A stretch of 64,000 nucleotides of DNA. It comes from Planctomycetota bacterium (GTDB taxonomy: Bacteria; Planctomycetota; Phycisphaerae; Phycisphaerales; Phycisphaeraceae). The DNA lies in assembly GCA_039025855.1 (NCBI GenBank), contig JBCCNL010000001.1:106988-170987 (forward strand), read 5' to 3'. Shown here piece after piece: positions 61,433 to 64,000 of the stretch. Within the stretch, counting starts at the first letter, position 1. Every line of letters begins with the position of its first letter. The translations under genes were made by a program, and so were the position numbers. The notes beneath the pieces were generated by a model. That model was not told the origin of the DNA. It saw only the letters and a program-made list of their open reading frames with translations, and ran no database searches.

Positions 61433-63334
61433 TTATTCAGCGTCTGCCTGTGCGACGCCGCCGGGGGTTACGCGGTCCACGCGGAGTACGACCGCGGCGA
61501 CCTTGCCGCCGGTGTCGGGGAAGGTCATCTCGACCTCGACGGTGTCGGTGAGCAGTTCGCCGGGGACATGCACTTCGATCATGCCGAAGAACGTGGGCCG
61601 GCCTACCTGCTTACTGCCGGACCAGTCGGTCGGGACTTCCAGTTCATGGCCGGCGATCTTGACGACCGGCTGAAGCGACAGGCCGGGCACACGCCCGATC
61701 GACATCCGCAGCACGCCGTCGCCCTCGCCACCGGGCACGTCTTCAAACTTGAACGTGATCGGCTTGTCGGCCTCAATGTCCTTCAGATACTCCGTGGCGT
61801 AAACGCGCGTCTCAAGGATCGTCTGCTCTGCGGGGTATTCGTGACGCAGGTCCATCATGACCAGCGCGGTCTGGCCGGGCTCGAGCGTGAGCTCTTCGGG
61901 CACGCCGAACAGCGTCTGTTCGGACAGGATCGGGACCTCGCCGTGCGTCGTGAGCGAGCGCAGGGTGACCTTGGTGATGTCCAGGTCATTGACGCCGCTG
62001 AGCTTCACCACGCGTGCCACGTCGTCCATGTTGTGCATCACCGCGGTGTGCCGGAGCCCGTCCGCAAAATAGTGGCAACGCACATCGGGATCCGTCGCGG
62101 TCATGATGCGGCGTTCGCCGTTGACACCCTTCCACAAGCGATAAAACTTGTCGAGCTCGGTCGTCACGTAGTTGTCGCCAGCCCGCCGGAACAGCAGGAA
62201 CGAGGACGGAATGTCTTCAGTGCTGCGCATGCCACCCTGCGTGTTGTAGGTCCAACTCGCCACGCCCAGGATGTACGGGACCGTCTTGATCAGCCGGTCG
62301 GGGTGGTCTATGTACATCATCAGCATACCGTTGAAAGAGCTCAGGAGACCGCCCATCCGCCGCATCCGATCGGGGACCACGCGGTTATCCGGGGACCTGT
62401 CGATCCGGCCATACTCCGTGATGGACTGCGGCTTGGCGACGCCGAACTTGATGAAGCTGTAGGCATCGATCAGATCGATGTTGGCCACGACGTTGCTGCC
62501 CGTGCGCTCGGCGTGCGTACCCTTGACGTTGATGCCGTCGTAGAGGTGGATTGAGAAGAAGTCCATCTCGTGGCCGGCCACATCCATGAACATCTTCTGC
62601 CAGCCATTCCAGTGGGAGAAGTTGCGGGCCTCGACCTCGGCCCAAGCCGCAGAGTAGCCACCGATCATGATGTCGTCGTCGGGCAGCAGCTCGCGGATCC
62701 GGCGGGCGGTGATCACGTGTTGTTCGGCCATCGCCCGGGCAGTCGTGCCCAGGTCTCTGGCTTTGATGAAGGGCTCGTTGAAGACTTCGTAATACTGCGG
62801 CCGGGATTCGTCGGTGTAGTAGTGCTTGAGGAATTGAGCGGCGAACTCGGCGGCAGCCTCGGGCGTCTTCGGCCCGAACGGGGCGAAGTCGTTGCCTTCC
62901 AGCCCCATCATCCACTCGGGGTGGGTGCACAGCACGACTTCGCGGAGCACCTCGGGGCGGAATCGCTCCGGACGCTCCGCACGCGCAGCCTGAAACGCAG
63001 CGCCCGCTCGACGCATGTGCTCCACGTCGGGCATCCCCGGGTTATCCGGGTCGGCGGGGGTCGATCGGAGCTGACCCGACTGAATCCCGCCGTCACGCCC
63101 GAAGTAGGCTTCGAGCTCTTCTTCGATGTAGCGAAACTTCGCATCATCGGTATCGCCATCGTCGGGCGACGCGTGGATCACGATGTATTTCTCACGCTCG
63201 AACGTGCTGATCCCGCCGATCGAACGGACCGTCGCGGGGTCCATGCTCACCTCGACGTGGTCGTCGGCAAGCGCCCCCGGGACGGTCAAACCAGACGCTA
63301 GACACAGGGCCAGGGTAGATAAGCGGTTTTTCAT
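61433..63334 (-). CDS. Secreted clan GH-A-type (TIM-barrel) glycoside hydrolase, family unassigned (GH86/GH50 agarase/porphyranase-like is a guess)
   Basis: Signal peptide MKNRLSTLALCLASGLTVPGALA. Candidate acid/base YYEVFNEP (Glu 187) and nucleophile SITEYG (Glu 307), spaced as in 4/7-superfamily enzymes. The C-terminal ~250 aa are beta-rich. Confidence 0.55.
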   Translation of the reverse strand: MKNRLSTLALCLASGLTVPGALADDHVEVSMDPATVRSIGGISTFEREKYIVIHASPDDGDTDDAKFRYIEEELEAYFGRDGGIQSGQLRSTPADPDNPGMPDVEHMRRAGAAFQAARAERPERFRPEVLREVVLCTHPEWMMGLEGNDFAPFGPKTPEAAAEFAAQFLKHYYTDESRPQYYEVFNEPFIKARDLGTTARAMAEQHVITARRIRELLPDDDIMIGGYSAAWAEVEARNFSHWNGWQKMFMDVAGHEMDFFSIHLYDGINVKGTHAERTGSNVVANIDLIDAYSFIKFGVAKPQSITEYGRIDRSPDNRVVPDRMRRMGGLLSSFNGMLMMYIDHPDRLIKTVPYILGVASWTYNTQGGMRSTEDIPSSFLLFRRAGDNYVTTELDKFYRLWKGVNGERRIMTATDPDVRCHYFADGLRHTAVMHNMDDVARVVKLSGVNDLDITKVTLRSLTTHGEVPILSEQTLFGVPEELTLEPGQTALVMMDLRHEYPAEQTILETRVYATEYLKDIEADKPITFKFEDVPGGEGDGVLRMSIGRVPGLSLQPVVKIAGHELEVPTDWSGSKQVGRPTFFGMIEVHVPGELLTDTVEVEMTFPDTGGKVAAVVLRVDRVTPGGVAQADAE

Positions 63335-63356
63335 TGGATTACTCCAGGTTTACAAA

Positions 63357-64000
63357 TCAGACAGAGACTTCGAGGACCGCGTCAGACGACGCGGGGATAC
63401 AGGACAACGCAACACACGCATCGGCCAGCCCTTCTGCTCGACAGAGCACGGTGGTTTCAATCTCACTAACACCCGCCTGCACGATCAGCAATGCCCGGCC
63501 CTGGTGTGTGACCAAGCGGTTGGACTGGAAGGGCTGCACGTTGTCCGCCGCGCCGTTGTCGACACCCAGAACCCGCAGGCCTTCGCCAACGTCGAAGACG
63601 ACCTCGTTTTCTTGAGCCTGTACCGGCCGGCCCTCGGCATCCACAACCTGTGCCGTGATATGCGCGACATCACCGGGGCCCAGTTCCAGTTCGGTTTCGT
63701 CCACCGACAACGCGATCGCTGCGGCCTTCCCCGGCGTGACCACGCGGTGCTTGGTGTCGCTGCCGTCGATCCGCACGCACAGCTCGCCGGGCTCGAACGG
63801 CACCAGCCACTTACAAACATGGTCGTCCTGCTCGGCGAGCACTCGGGAACCCAGGTCCTTGCCATTGAGCGTCAGCGTCGCCGAGGCGCCGTTGATGTAT
63901 GCCTCGACCACAACGGGCGTCCCCGCCTCGTAATCCCAGTGCGGGTAGAGATCGTGCCAGAACCACAGGCGGTGTTCGTGTGATCCGGGCTTCTTCTCTA
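63357..64000 (-). CDS. C-terminal part of a second GH2-like glycoside hydrolase; gene continues beyond the right edge
   Basis: The frame stays open upstream of the track start to the window end (...HEHRLWFWHDLYPHWDYEAGTPVVVEAYINGASATLTLNGKDLG...). This parallels [38 protein letters not shown] of the GH2 at 54920-57418. Confidence 0.6.
   Translation of the reverse strand, partial: EKKPGSHEHRLWFWHDLYPHWDYEAGTPVVVEAYINGASATLTLNGKDLGSRVLAEQDDHVCKWLVPFEPGELCVRIDGSDTKHRVVTPGKAAAIALSVDETELELGPGDVAHITAQVVDAEGRPVQAQENEVVFDVGEGLRVLGVDNGAADNVQPFQSNRLVTHQGRALLIVQAGVSEIETTVLCRAEGLADACVALSCIPASSDAVLEVSV

Noticed and set aside
1-64000. A search by eye for tRNA, rRNA, CRISPR arrays, transposases, integrases, and phage or toxin-antitoxin modules.
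   Set aside because: I recognised none. There are no T-loop-like GGTTCGA-type motifs in intergenic DNA, no spaced direct repeats, and no DDE or tyrosine-recombinase-like ORFs. Absence is judged by eye only; tRNAscan or Infernal would be the decisive tools.

Overview
This is a GC-rich, densely coding bacterial chromosomal segment in which third codon positions are almost all G/C. Gene content points to a marine PVC-group heterotroph, possibly Planctomycetota or Phycisphaerae-like. The clues are a PEP-CTERM cargo protein, a LEPRVLLSA-type N-terminal motif, and sulfatase plus glycoside-hydrolase clusters. The taxonomic call is inference only.

I support about 44 genes in six blocks:
1. 1-9.7 kb: an exopolysaccharide locus with a Wzz-like protein, two Wzx-like flippases, a PEP-CTERM beta-helix protein, an ATP-grasp ligase, a CapK/PaaK-like adenylating enzyme and a GT4 transferase.
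2. 9.9-13.9 kb: one 1,343-aa secreted multidomain protein containing a near-identical internal tandem duplication.
3. 14.2-30.0 kb: a xanthomonadin-like (halogenated aryl-polyene) lipid-pigment gene cluster.
4. 30.3-41.4 kb: a five-gene same-strand block encoding a YqiJ/NfeD-like protein, a flotillin, a 1,848-aa MoxR-type AAA+ giant, a PspA/IM30 (ESCRT-III-like) protein and a tandem classical AAA+ ATPase. This is my top candidate for an uncharacterised membrane-remodelling system.
5. 42.7-50.0 kb: a four-gene operon of three HlyD-type adaptor modules plus a truncated SecA-like motor. One adaptor is fused to a PqqD-like domain and an M50 protease, and one to GAF-like domains. This is my second candidate, a possible non-canonical peptide processing and export apparatus.
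6. 50.4-64.0 kb: a sulfated-galactan and fucose-type CAZyme/sulfatase locus.

I recognised no rRNA, tRNA, CRISPR array, transposase or integrase. Many long ORFs in the supplied track are antisense or out-of-frame shadows typical of high-GC DNA. All family assignments come from motif and pattern reading by eye; no searches were run.
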